Source of the DNA: Eledone cirrhosa
Taxonomy: Eukaryota
Reading direction: 5' to 3'
Assembly (NCBI GenBank): GCA_964016885.1
Contig: OZ024752.1
Location: 19,964,001 to 20,028,000, forward strand
DNA length: 64,000 bases
The translations under genes were made by a program, and so were the position numbers. Position 1 is the stretch's first letter. Every line of letters begins with the position of its first letter. Positions 1 through 13,304 of this stretch are shown here, in pieces. A model generated the notes under the pieces. The model searched no databases. It saw nothing but the letters and a program-made list of their open reading frames with translations, and had not been told where the DNA came from.

Positions 1-3000
1 CCCCACAGCCCCTACTGTAACTATGTTGTTGTTGTTATATTAACCCCACAGCCCCTACTGTACCTATGTTGTTGTTGTTGTTATATTAACCCCACAGCCC
101 CTACTGTACCTATGTTGTTGTTGTTATATTAACCCCACAGCCCCTACTGTAACTATGTTGTTGTTGTTATATTAACCCCACAGCCCCTACTGTAACTATG
201 TTGTTGTTGTTATATTAACCCCACAGCCCCTACTGTAACTATGTTGTTGTTGTTATATTAACCCCACAGCCCCTACTGTACCTATGTTGTTGTTGTTGTT
301 ATATTAACCCCACAGCCACTACTGTACCTATGTTGTTGTTGTTATATTAAACCCACAGCCCCTACTGTAACTATGTTGTTGTTGTTATATTAACCCCAAA
401 GCCCCTACTGTAACTATGTTGTTGTTGTTATATTAACCCCACAGCCCCTACTGTACCTATGTTGTTGTTGTTGTTATATTAACCCCACAGCCACTACTGT
501 ACCTATGTTGTTGTTGTTATATTAAACCCACAGCCCCTACTGTAACTATGTTGTTGTTGTTATATTAACCCCACAGCCCCTACTGTACCTATGTTGTTGT
601 TGTTGTTATATTAACCCCACAGCCCCTACTGTACCTATGTTGTTGTTGTTGTTATATTAACCCCACAGCCACTACTGTACCTATGTTCTTGTTGTTATAT
701 TAAACCCACAGCCCCTACTGTACCTATATTGTTGTTGTTGTTGTTATATTAACCCCACACCCCCTACTGTACCTATGTTGTTGTTATATTAACCCCACAG
801 CCACTACTGTACCTATGTTCTTGTTGTTATATTAAACCCACAGCCCCTACTGTACCTATATTGTTGTTGTTGTTGTTATATTAACCCCACACCCCCTACT
901 GTACCTATGTTGTTGTTGTTGTTATATTAACACCACAGCCCCTACTGTACCTATGTTGTTGTTATATTAACCCCACAGCCCCTACTGTACCTATGTTCTT
1001 GTTGTTATATTAACCCCACAGCCCCTACTGTAACTATGTTGTTGTTGTTATATTAACCCCACAGCCCCTACTGTACCTATGTTGTTGTTGTTATATAAAC
1101 CCCACAGCCCCTACTGTACCTATGTTGTTGTTGTTATATTAACCCCACAGCCCCTACTGTAACTATGTTGTTGTTGTTATATTAACCCCACAGCCCCTAC
1201 TGTAACTATGTTGTTGTTGTTATATTAACCCCACAGCCCCTACTGTACCTATGTTCTTGTTGTTATATTAACCCCACAGCCCCTACTGTACCTATGTTCT
1301 TGTTGTTATATTAACCCCACAGCCCCTACTGTACCTATGTTGTTGTTGTTATATTAACCCCACAGCCCCTACTGTAACTATGTTGTTGTTGTTATATTAA
1401 CCCCACAGCCCCTACTGTACCTATGTTGTTGTTGTTATATAAACCCCACAGCCCCTACTGTACCTATGTTCTTGTTGTTATATTAACCCCACAGCCCCTA
1501 CTGTACCTATGTTCTTGTTGTTATATTAACCCCACAGCCCCTACTGTAACTATGTTGTTGTTGTTATATTAACCCCACAGCCCCTACTGTACCTATGTTG
1601 TTGTTGTTATATTAACCCCACAGCCCCTACTGTACCTATGTTGTTGTTGTTATATTAACCCCACAGCCCCTACTGTAACTATGTTGTTGTTGTTATATTA
1701 ACCCCACAGCCCCTACTGTAACTATGTTGTTGTTATATTAACCCCACAGCCCCTACTGTACCTATGTTGTTGTTGTTATATTAACCCCACAGCCCCTACT
1801 GTACCTATGTTGTTGTTGTTATATTAACCCCACAGCCCCTACTGTACCTATGTTGTTGTTGTTATATTAACCCCACAGCCCCTACTGTACCTATGTTGTT
1901 GTTGTTATATTAACCCCACAGCCCCTACTGTAACTATGTTGTTGTTATATTAACCCCACAGCCCCTACTGTAACTATGTTGTTGTTATATTAACCCCACA
2001 GCCCCTACTGTAACTATGTTGTTGTTGTTATATTAACCCCACAGCCCCTACTGTAACTATGTTCTTGTTGTTATATTAACCCCACAGCCCCTACTGTACC
2101 TATGTTGTTGTTGTTGTTATATTAACCCCACAGCCCCTACTGTACCTATGTTGTTGTTGTTGTTATATTAACACCACAGTCCCTACTGTACCTATGTTCT
2201 TGTTGTTATATTAACCCCACAGCCCCTACTGTACCTATGTTGTTGTTATATTAACCCCACAGCCCCTACTGTACCTATGTTGTTGTTATATTAACCCCAC
2301 AGCCCCTACTGTACCTATGTTGTTGTTGTTATATTAACCCCACAGCCCCTACTGTACCTATGTTCTTGTTGTTATATTAACCCCACAGCCCCTACTGTAC
2401 CTATGTTGTTGTTGTTATATTAACCCCACAGCCCCTACTGTACCTATGTTCTTGTTGTTATATTAACCCCACAGCCCCTACTGTACCTATGTTCTTGTTG
2501 TTATATTAACCCCACAGCCCCTACTGTACCTATGTTCTTGTTGTTATATTAACCCCACAGCCCCTACTGTACCTATATTGTTGTTATATTAACCCCACAG
2601 TCCCTACTGTACCTATGTTCTTGTTGTTATATTAACCCCACAGCCCCTACTGTACCTATGTTGTTGTTGTTATATTAACCCCACAGCCCCTACTGTAACT
2701 ATGTTGTTGTTGTTATATTAACCCCACAGCCCCTACTGTAACTATGTTGTTGTTGTTATATTAACCCCACAGCCCCTACTGTACCTATGTTGTTGTTGTT
2801 GTTATATTAACCCCACAGCCCCTACTGTACCTATGTTGTTGTTGTTATATTAACCCCACAGCCCCTACTGTACCTATGTTGTTGTTGTTATATTAACCCC
2901 ACAGTCTCTACTGTTCCTATGTTGTTGTTATATTAACCCCACAGCCCCTACTGTAACTATGTTGTTGTTGTTATATTAACCCCACAGTCCCTACTGTACC

Positions 3001-6000
3001 TATGTTCTTGTTGTTATATTAACCCCACAGCCCCTACTGTACCTATGTTGTTGTTGTTATATTAACCCCACAGCCCCTACTGTAACTATGTTGTTGTTGT
3101 TATATTAACCCCACAGCCCCTACTGTACCTATGTTCTTGTTGTTATATTAACCCCACAGCCCCTACTGTACCTATGTTGTTGTTGTTGTTATATTAACCC
3201 CACAGCCCCTACTGTACCTATGTTGTTGTTGTTATATTAACCCCACAGCCCCTACTGTACCTATGTTGTTGTTGTTGTTATATTAACCCCACAGCCCCTA
3301 CTGTACCTATGTTGTTGTTGTTATATTAACCCCACAGCCCCTACTGTACCTATGTTGTTGTTGTTATATTAACCCCACAGCCCCTACTGTACCTATGTTC
3401 TTGTTGTTATATTAACCCCACAGCCCCTACTGTAACTATGTTGTTGTTGTTGTTATATTAACCCCACAGCCCCTACTGTACCTATGTTGTTGTTATATTA
3501 AACCCACAGCCCCTACTGTACCTATGTTGTTGTTATATTAACCCCACAGCCCCTACTGTACCTATGTTGTTGTTGTTATATTAACCCCACAGCCCCTACT
3601 GTACCTATGTTGTTGTTGTTATATTAACCCCCACAGCCCCTACTGTACCTATGTTGTTGTTGTTGTTATATTAACACCACAGCCCCTACTGTACCTATGT
3701 TGTTGTTATATTAACCCCACAGCCCCTACTGTACCTATGTTGTTGTTGTTGTTATATTAACCCCACAGCCCCTACTGTACCTATGTTGTTGTTGTTATAT
3801 TAACCCCACAGCCCCTACTGTAACTATGTTGTTGTTGTTATATTAACCCCACAGCCCCTACTGTACCTATGTTGTTGTTGTTGTTATATTAACCCCACAG
3901 CCACTACTGTACCTATGTTGTTGTTGTTATATTAAACCCACAGCCCCTACTGTAACTATGTTGTTGTTGTTATATTAACCCCACAGCCCCTACTGTACCT
4001 ATGTTGTTGTTGTTGTTATATTAACCCCACAGCCCCTACTGTACCTATGTTGTTGTTGTTGTTATATTAACCCCACAGCCACTACTGTACCTATGTTCTT
4101 GTTGTTATATTAAACCCACAGCCCCTACTGTACCTATATTGTTGTTGTTGTTGTTATATTAACCCCACACCCCCTACTGTACCTATGTTGTTGTTATATT
4201 AACCCCACAGCCACTACTGTACCTATGTTCTTGTTGTTATATTAAACCCACAGCCCCTACTGTACCTATATTGTTGTTGTTGTTGTTATATTAACCCCAC
4301 ACCCCCTACTGTACCTATGTTGTTGTTGTTGTTATATTAACACCACAGCCCCTACTGTACCTATGTTGTTGTTATATTAACCCCACAGCCCCTACTGTAC
4401 CTATGTTCTTGTTGTTATATTAACCCCACAGCCCCTACTGTAACTATGTTGTTGTTGTTATATTAACCCCACAGCCCCTACTGTACCTATGTTGTTGTTG
4501 TTATATAAACCCCACAGCCCCTACTGTACCTATGTTGTTGTTGTTATATTAACCCCACAGCCCCTACTGTAACTATGTTGTTGTTGTTATATTAACCCCA
4601 CAGCCCCTACTGTAACTATGTTGTTGTTGTTATATTAACCCCACAGCCCCTACTGTACCTATGTTCTTGTTGTTATATTAACCCCACAGCCCCTACTGTA
4701 CCTATGTTCTTGTTGTTATATTAACCCCACAGCCCCTACTGTACCTATGTTGTTGTTGTTATATTAACCCCACAGCCCCTACTGTAACTATGTTGTTGTT
4801 GTTATATTAACCCCACAGCCCCTACTGTACCTATGTTGTTGTTGTTATATAAACCCCACAGCCCCTACTGTACCTATGTTGTTGTTGTTATATTAACCCC
4901 ACAGCCCCTACTGTACCTATGTTGTTGTTGTTATATTAACCCCACAGCCCCTACTGTAACTATGTGGTTGTTGTTATATTAACCCCACAGCCCCTACTGT
5001 ACCTATGTTGTTGTTGTTATATTAACCCCACAGCCCCTACTGTACCTATGTTGTTGTTGTTATATTAACCCCACAGCCCCTACTGTAACTATGTTGTTGT
5101 TGTTATATTAACCCCACAGCCCCTACTGTAACTATGTTGTTGTTATATTAACCCCACAGCCCCTACTGTAACTATGTTGTTGTTATATTAACCCCACAGT
5201 CCCTACTGTAACTATGTTGTTGTTGTTATATTAACCCCACAGCCCCTACTGTAACTATGTTGTTGTTGTTATATTAACCCCACAGCCCCTACTGTACCTA
5301 TGTTGTTGTTGTTGTTATATTAACCCCACAGCCCCTACTGTACCTATGTTGTTGTTGTTGTTATATTAACACCACAGTCCCTACTGTACCTATGTTCTTG
5401 TTGTTATATTAACCCCACAGCCCCTACTGTACCTATGTTGTTGTTATATTAACCCCACAGCCCCTACTGTACCTATGTTGTTGTTATATTAACCCCACAG
5501 CCCCTACTGTACCTATGTTGTTGTTGTTATATTAACCCCACAGCCCCTACTGTACCTATGTTCTTGTTGTTATATTAACCCCACAGCCCCTACTGTACCT
5601 ATGTTGTTGTTGTTATATTAACCCCACAGCCCCTACTGTACCTATGTTCTTGTTGTTATATTAACCCCACAGCCCCTACTGTACCTATGTTCTTGTTGTT
5701 ATATTAACCCCACAGCCCCTACTGTACCTATGTTCTTGTTGTTATATTAACCCCACAGCCCCTACTGTACCTATATTGTTGTTATATTAACCCCACAGTC
5801 CCTACTGTACCTATGTTCTTGTTGTTATATTAACCCCACAGCCCCTACTGTACCTATGTTGTTGTTGTTATATTAACCCCACAGCCCCTACTGTAACTAT
5901 GTTGTTGTTGTTATATTAACCCCACAGCCCCTACTGTAACTATGTTGTTGTTGTTATATTAACCCCACAGCCCCTACTGTACCTATGTTGTTGTTGTTGT

Positions 6001-8453
6001 TATATTAACCCCACAGCCCCTACTGTACCTATGTTGTTGTTGTTATATTAACCCCACAGCCCCTACTGTACCTATGTTGTTGTTGTTATATTAACCCCAC
6101 AGTCTCTACTGTTCCTATGTTGTTGTTATATTAACCCCACAGCCCCTACTGTAACTATGTTGTTGTTGTTATATTAACCCCACAGTCCCTACTGTACCTA
6201 TGTTCTTGTTGTTATATTAACCCCACAGCCCCTACGGTACCTATGTTGTTGTTGTTATATTAACCCCACAGCCCCTACTGTAACTATGTTGTTGTTGTTA
6301 TATTAACCCCACAGCCCCTACTGTACCTATGTTCTTGTTGTTATATTAACCCCACAGCCCCTACTGTACCTATGTTGTTGTTGTTGTTATATTAACCCCA
6401 CAGCCCCTACTGTACCTATGTTGTTGTTGTTATATTAACCCCACAGCCCCTACTGTACCTATGTTGTTGTTGTTGTTATATTAACCCCACAGCCCCTACT
6501 GTACCTATGTTGTTGTTGTTATATTAACCCCACAGCCCCTACTGTACCTATGTTGTTGTTGTTATATTAACCCCACAGCCCCTACTGTACCTATGTTCTT
6601 GTTGTTATATTAACCCCACAGCCCCTACTGTACCTATGTTGTTGTTGTTGTTATATTAACCCCACAGCCCCTACTGTACCTATGTTGTTGTTGTTATATT
6701 AACCCCACAGCCCCTACTGTACCTATGTTGTTGTTGTTATATTAACCCCACACCCCTACTGTACCTATGTTGTTGTTGTTGTTATATTAACCCCACAGCC
6801 ACTACTGTACCTATGTTGTTGTTGTTGTTATATTAACCCCACAGCCCCTACTGTACATATGTTGTTGTTGTTGTTATATTAACCCCACAGCCCCTACTGT
6901 ACCTATGTTGTTGTTGTTGTTATATTAACCCCACAGCCCCTACTGTACCTATGTTGTTGTTGTTATATTAACCCCACAGCCCCTACTGTACCTATATTGT
7001 TGTTGTTATATTAACCCCACAGCCCCTACTGTACCTATGTTGTTGTTGTTGTTATATTAACCCCACAGCCCCTACTGTACCTATGTTGTTGTTGTTGTTA
7101 TATTAACCCCACAGCCCCTACTGTACCTATGTTGTTGTTGTTATATTAACCCCACAGCCCCTACTGTACCTATGTTGTTGTTGTTATATTAACCCCACAG
7201 CCCCTACTGTACCTATGTTGTTGTTGTTATATTAACCCCACAGCCCCTACTGTACCTATGTTGTTGTTGTTATATTAACCCCACAGCCCCTACTGTACCT
7301 ATGTTGTTGTTGTTATATTAACCCCACAGCCCCTACTGTAACTATGTTGTTGTTGTTATATTAACCCCACAGCCCCTACTGTACCTATGTTGTTGTTGTT
7401 GTTATATTAACCCCACAGCCCCTACTGTACCTATGTTGTTGTTGTTATATTAACCCCACAGCCCCTACTGTATCTATGTTGTTGTTGTTGTTATATTAAC
7501 CCCACAGCCCCTACTGTACCTATGTTCTTGTTGTTATATTAACCCCACAGCCCCTACTGTACCTATGTTGTTGTTGTTATATTAACCCCACAGCCCCTAC
7601 TGTACCTATGTTGTTGTTGTTATATTAACCCCACAGCCCCTACTGTACCTATATTGTTGTTGTTATATTAACCCCACAGCCCCTACTGTACCTATGTTGT
7701 TGTTGTTATATTAACCCCACAGCCCCTACTGTACCTATGTTGTTGTTGTTATATTAACCCCACAGCCCCTACTGTACCTATGTTGTTGTTGTTATATTAA
7801 CCCCACAGCCCCTACTGTACCTATGTTGTTGTTGTTATATTAACCCCACAGCCCCTACTGTACCTATGTTGTTGTTATATTAACCCCACAGCCCCTACTG
7901 TACCTATGTTGTTGTTGTTGTTGTTATATTAACCCCACAGCCCCTACTGTACCTATGTTCTTGTTGTTATATTAACCCCACAGCCCCTACTGTACCTATG
8001 TTGTTGTTATATTAACCCCACAGCCCCTACTGTACCTATGTTGTTGTTGTTATATTAACCCCACAGCCCCTACTGTACCTATGTTGTTGTTGTTGTTGTT
8101 ATATTAACCCCACAGCCCCTACTGTACCTATGTTGTTGTTATATTAACCCCACAGCCCCTACTGTACCTATGTTGTTGTTGTTGTTATATTAACCCCACA
8201 GCCCCTACTGTACCTATGTTCTTGTTGTTATATTAACCCCACAGCCCCTACTGTACCTATGTTGTTGTTATATTAACCCCACAGCCCCTACTGTACCTAT
8301 GTTGTTGTTGTTATATTAACACCACAGTCCCTACTGTACCTATGTTGTTGTTATATTAACCCCACAGCACGTACTGTACCTATGTTGTTGTTGTTGTTGT
8401 TATATTAACCCCACAGCCCCTACTGTACCTATGTTGTTGTTGTTGTTGTTGTT
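1..8453. repeat. 43-bp satellite (CCCCACAGCCCCTACTGTACCTAT(GTT)nATATTAA), roughly 195 copies, runs off the window start
   Basis: Direct tandem periodicity; unit length 40/43/46/49 bp depending on GTT count. Confidence 0.98.
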
Positions 8454-8589
8454 ACCTTTTGGTTTTTGTCTTATATTTTGCAAATACCAGGAAATGCCAA
8501 ACAAAACCCAATGAAATGCTGTTTTAGGGCTCGATGAAATATTTAGGGTCAGCAACAGAAAATATAAACAATGTGTTACTTAAGATACC

Positions 8590-8800
8590 TGTTATGAAGT
8601 TCATCTATCCTCAATATAACTTTGTTTTATTCAATATCTTTCTCATACATCGTAATCCTAAGACGAGAGCCATTTATGACACTCGGAACCTCTTTAAAGT
8701 ACTTCTAGTTGTTGTTGTGTTTGTTGTTATTGCTGCTGCCGTACAAGTCTGCTCTATCTTACAAATATATTCTTTAGTCTGTCATTGTAACGATGATATT
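8590..8800 (+). mobile_element. Gypsy LTR (about 210 bp, 3' end probably clipped)
   Basis: The same TGTTATGAAGTTCATC... sequence follows the pol stop and purine tract GGTGAAGAA on the minus strand at 11274->11231, which defines it as the LTR start. Confidence 0.75.
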
Positions 8801-10135
8801 AATCGTTTTTGATTCGTGATTTATTTCTCGAGAAAATGAAGGCTACTGATTTTTGGTCAGTCCGTATAATCGTATGAAAACACTTCACGTATTGCGACCA
8901 TCTCCGTACAGCTTCAATAATAGCCATAGCTTCTCGCTCCACAGTTGATTGTCTTTTCTCGGACGGTGTAAGTGTTCTCGACAGGAAGGCCACGGGCCGT
9001 TCGTTTTGAGAAAGTATAGCTCCGATTGCATCGCCAGACGCATCTTTTTCTATTACCAATGCGTGGCCAGTTTTAAGAGGAATGCTAAGAGCGGCATTAG
9101 AGATATCTGCTTTCATGGCTTGTATTACATCTGTAGCTACTTTATTCAGCGGGAACGAGTCAGCTTGTAATAGTGGTTGGATTTTCTTCGAGTAATCGGC
9201 AATCCACCTAGCATTATAGGCTAGGAATCCAAGGAATCGTTTCAGTTGTTGTTTGTTTGTTGGGATTGGGTAGTCTAGTAGGGTTTTGATGCGTTCCTTA
9301 TCGGGTTTCTTTACTCCGTTCTGAATGTTATAACCTAGTATAGATATACTCGTTTGGCAGATTTTACTCTTATCCGAGTTAAGAGTTAGGTTTTCTGTCT
9401 TCACGGCGTTTAAGAATGCTTCCACATTTCTATCATGTTCAGCTTTGGTATTTCCCGTGACTATGACGTTGTCAATATAGGCATAGGTTTTGAGTAAGTT
9501 ATATTTCTCTATAACTTGATCCATAATTCTCTGAAAAACAGGTACAGCGTTAGTCACGCCGAAGGGTAAGCGGCAGAATTGGTAGAGTTTGTGATTAGCC
9601 TGAAATGCCGTTAGAGGTTTGTCGATTTTTCTTAAAGGTACTTGGTGATACGCTGATTTGAGGTCGAATTCTGAAAAATATTTATCCTGTGCCACTTTGT
9701 TAACAACATCCTCAATGTCGGGGGATGGATAGGCATCCAATTGTGTATACTTATTAATTGTCTGGGAGTAGTCTACCACGAGTCGAGGTTTCTTTCCGTG
9801 TACTATGAAGCACTGAGCTCGCCAAGGTGAAATTGATCCCTCAATGATACCGGCTTCTAGGAGGCGAGTTATTTCGGACTTAATAAAATTGTCGTCTCTC
9901 TTGTTAATGAAACGTCCCTTAGTGGCAATCGGCTTGATATTTGTCTCGGCTAAATCGTGAAAGACAAGAGGCGGATTAACTTCTATTGTCGGAAAGGTAC
10001 AGCATAGTTGATTTGAAAATATCATGGGAGGCCGGGCACCGCCAAGGTGGAGAATAATAGAGCTATGCTGGGTGAGGACATCCATTCCGATAATGACGTC
10101 TGCGACAAGACTTTTTGCAGTGATTAGGTTCACAA
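8799..10135 (-). pseudogene. Gypsy pol fragment: protease C-terminus, reverse transcriptase, RNase H (open but truncated at both ends)
   Basis: Motifs DVIIGMD, SPW, RLVVDYS, FDLKSAYHQV, RLPFGVTNA, YIDN, DASGDAIGAIL, EREAMAI, TDQKSV; truncated at SRIKND. Confidence 0.93.
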
Positions 10136-10142
10136 ACAAACA

Positions 10143-10757
10143 ATGGCTCAATTAAAAATTCCACATCCAACATTCCCAAATGACCCCACATCCGAGCAAT
10201 GGCGATGGTGGCGGAAGTGTTTTGTGGATTCCCTACTCATAAATGGCATAGTAGAGGACAACCATAAATTGACCTACCTTCGTTCACAAGCTGGGGCCGA
10301 CCTATTTAGTTTACTCGAATCTGCAGAAAACTTCAACGAAGCACTAATCACCCTGGATACTCAATTATTAGCCCCCAGTCGTATACTCTATGCCAGACAT
10401 CCATCAACTCCTAACATGCCGCCAAAAGCAAGAAGAAACCGTCCGAGAGTTTATTAAAAGACTCAACCTTCTAGTGGAAAAATGTAACTGTAAAGCCATC
10501 ACAGCTAAAGACCACAGAGATATGTTGATCCTGGATTCACTAGTAGCAGGAGTCCAATCAGACGCTATACGAGCACGTCTCCTAGAGCTGGACGATATTC
10601 AAGCAAACCTAAAAGACTGCATAGCAATGGCAAATGTAATAGAACTATCCAGTGATTTTACTAAATCATTCAACCTAGACGTCTCTCTGAATTCATCAAC
10701 ACTGTCAACTACATCCTCTCAAGAACCTACCGTAGCAGCTACAAAATCAAAACAACC
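10143..10757 (+). pseudogene. Gypsy gag, frameshifted and truncated before the zinc knuckle
   Basis: ORFs 10143 and 10390 join if a 4-bp duplication (CATCCATC, 10398-10405) is removed, giving ARHQLLTCRQKQEETVREFIKRLNLLVEKC, a typical gag capsid motif. Confidence 0.8.
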
Positions 10758-11229
10758 TCTTCTGAAATACTTGAAAAATGCTAACTCCCAGAAGTTCTTG
10801 CCTCGCAACGATCACTTCTCTGTACAGCGACTAATGAGACACCCCATAACCGCATATTTAGATTCGATCGAAAGGGTTCCTTAGGATTTTCCCTACCAGA
10901 TTGACTTAGAGTTGGAAACGACGCCTATATTAGAAACTTTATTCGTACAAAGAACGACCAATTAGTGAATAAAGTTATTATCGAACAGATGGTGAATGCT
11001 AATTTCGCGGTTGTCAGATATCAAAATGGAAGATCTAGTACAGTCTCAACAGCAGACCTCTCCCCTGGCCCAATTAATTGTCAAAATAATGACAATCAAT
11101 CCATCCAAGAAAACAGTTCGATTAGCAGTCCTGCTGATATGCCGAGACCACTTAACATCGACCACAGTAACGATCTACTCTTAGATGAAACCGTGATTGA
11201 TTTAAATCCCGTGGCAAATAGCACTAGCA
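10758..11229 (+). pseudogene. Gypsy integrase C-terminal region (catalytic core missing)
   Basis: Translates as LPEVLASQRSLLCTATNETPHNRIF...AYIRNFIRTK...VRYQNGRSSTVSTADLSP with one in-frame stop. Confidence 0.8.
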
Positions 11230-11538
11230 TCAAAGTTATATTGAGGATAGATGAACTTCATAACATTCTTCACCGATTTTATTGTTCTTCAATATAGCGC
11301 TTGGGGGCTACGCGTATACGATTGCGGTAGGGTGCTAGTGCTATTTGCCACGGGATTTAAATCAATCACGGTTTCATCTAAGAGTAGATCGTTACTATGG
11401 TCGATGTTAAGTGGTCTCGGCATATCAGCAGGACTGCTAATCGAACTGTTTTCTTGGATGGATTGATTGTCATTATTTTGACAATTAATTGGGCCAGGGG
11501 AGAGGTCTGCTGTTGAGACTGTACTAGATCTTCCATTT
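11024..11538. repeat. Near-perfect ~205-bp inverted repeat (11024-11229 / 11333-11538) with ~100-bp spacer
   Basis: Direct reverse-complement match; only one substitution noticed. Confidence 0.95.
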
Positions 11539-11607
11539 ATGACACTCGGAACCTCTTTAAAGTACTTCTAGTTGTTGTTGTGTTTGTTGTTATTGCTGCT
11601 GCCGTAC

Positions 11608-11735
11608 AACACATTAGGGTGTGTAACAGAAAATATAAACAATGTGTTACTTAAGATACCCCAACACATTAGGGTGTGTAACAGAAAATATAAACAATGT
11701 GTTACTTAAGATACCCCCAACACATCAGGGTGTGT
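11608..11735 (+). repeat. 55-bp tandem repeat; the first copy (starting about 8553) is split by the Gypsy insertion
   Basis: AACAGAAAATATAAACAATGTGTTACTTAAGATACC at about 8553, 11625 and 11680. Confidence 0.9.
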
Positions 11736-11960
11736 AATCCTGGAAATAGCTGTGATCAGTAACATACCTTGGCTATTGAAGCAGGGTATGTTGAACACTT
11801 TACTAATATAAAACGGTACAAGATTGTTATAAGATAAAAGTTATATGTTCTAATAATGTACAAGTTTATTACTAATACGTATCTAATTAGGAATACAGTA
11901 GAATAATTGAAGCAGAATTAGTTTGTCATATTTAGACAAATAAATTAACAAGTGACTCAC

Positions 11961-11970
11961 CTACTTCCAT
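11961..11970 (-). CDS. Candidate start-codon exon end (ATGGAAGTAG|GTGAGT) of a gene continuing left of the window
   Basis: AAGATGG start context immediately followed by a consensus donor AG|GTGAGT in unique, CpG-retaining sequence; no other exon identified. Confidence 0.35.
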
Positions 11971-12830
11971 CTTCGTTGCCGTCTTTTCCAAAATTGTAGC
12001 CAAATCATAGACAAAAATTAATAGCCTGTAAGTATGATTTTATAGTTACAAAGTGAGAACGCTGACTTAATATTTCATTTTTTTTTTCTTTCTGAGGGAG
12101 GAGATATCCATTATATCTTTTTGGTCTTATTTACAAAACAATTGAAATATATTTTATTGCCACCATTTTGCACTGTCGTAGCCTTCAAATAATATACCGC
12201 TTTATACACTAACGCAATTCTCCAAGCGAACTACAACCAGGGTGTTGTAGCATACAACGCCCTTTTAGTCATATTTGGTTTTAATTTTCCATTTATTTTA
12301 CATTGGAACTTCATGCTCTCTGTAAAAAGATGTAGTGAAGCTCATTAGAGTTTTATGACATGAATTGCCTGGCTGGGAAGATTCCTTCTTTAGGACAGGA
12401 CGCCTATCACAGATTCTTTTGACTCCGTGAGAAAATTCAAACTCAACACTGCATTGGTACGCAGTCTACCTTAGGGTCACACATTCTCGAGGGCCTTATT
12501 TTATTTTATTTTATTTTTCATATATCTTTATATTATCATGACGAAGTGCTGACGTATAAAGCTAATATAAAGAAAGATGTGCTGTGGTGCTATAAAATAG
12601 CTTCCAATGGCAACTTCCTTTTCCGTCTTTAAGGGTCTTCACTCTGTTTTATAAGTTATTTTATAACATCTCCGCGTATGAACACACCACTCTTTAAATT
12701 AACTTTAAAATGGTAACACATTGGTCCGGCAAACCAAAGATGTGGATTCGTGTCCCATGTACATCAACACTCATCCTTTTTTCCATTCAGAGGGTTTTTT
12801 AAATTCTAATTAACAGACAAATACGGCGTA
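11971..12830. promoter_or_regulatory. Possible bidirectional promoter / first-exon region
   Basis: TE-free island with retained CpGs and an ETS-like ACTTCC motif; minus-strand donor at 11960 and plus-strand donor GC|GTAAGT near 12828. Confidence 0.3.
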
Positions 12831-13304
12831 AGTAAATGTTTCCAGCTTTTAAATTTTTTTTCGATCATATGTTCATTAAGAATATAATTTACCAAAGTAA
12901 ATAACAATTCCGATTAAATTATTTAGTGTTTATGATCTGTAAAAAGAACAAATCAATATATAAAAAAAGCAAATTCGTAGAGAAAATTATTAGCGTGTAA
13001 GTTTTTTATTTAATTAGTCACATAGTGAGAACGCTGATTTAATATTCTTTCTTTTTTCCGAAGGAGATATCTATTATCATATATATAAAGTACCAGTAAT
13101 ACACTGGGTATTTGCTGGCCTTGTGCCAAAAAGTAGAAACAATTATATATATAAAGTGCTAGTGCTGGTGCCATGATAAAATACACCCAGTACACTCAGT
13201 AATGTGGTAGTGCTGATCTTCTTTTTCGCCCACTTATTCCTGAGAGGGTCGTGGGGGCAGAGCCCTCAAACTCTCCTTCCAATGTATGTATGTATATGCG
13301 TATG

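Larger units (their letters stand above)
8590..11608. mobile_element. Rearranged Ty3/Gypsy LTR retrotransposon insertion (LTR, gag, pol and integrase pieces in mixed orientation)
   Basis: Starts at LTR-like TGTTATGAAG; contains RT/RNase H (minus), gag and integrase C-terminus (plus), and an inverted copy of integrase end + PPT + LTR start; interrupts a 55-bp tandem unit. Confidence 0.92.

Noticed and set aside
10390-10457. Programmed frameshift between the two gag ORFs
   Set aside because: Explained by a 4-bp duplication (CATC) in mid-gag; no slippery heptamer
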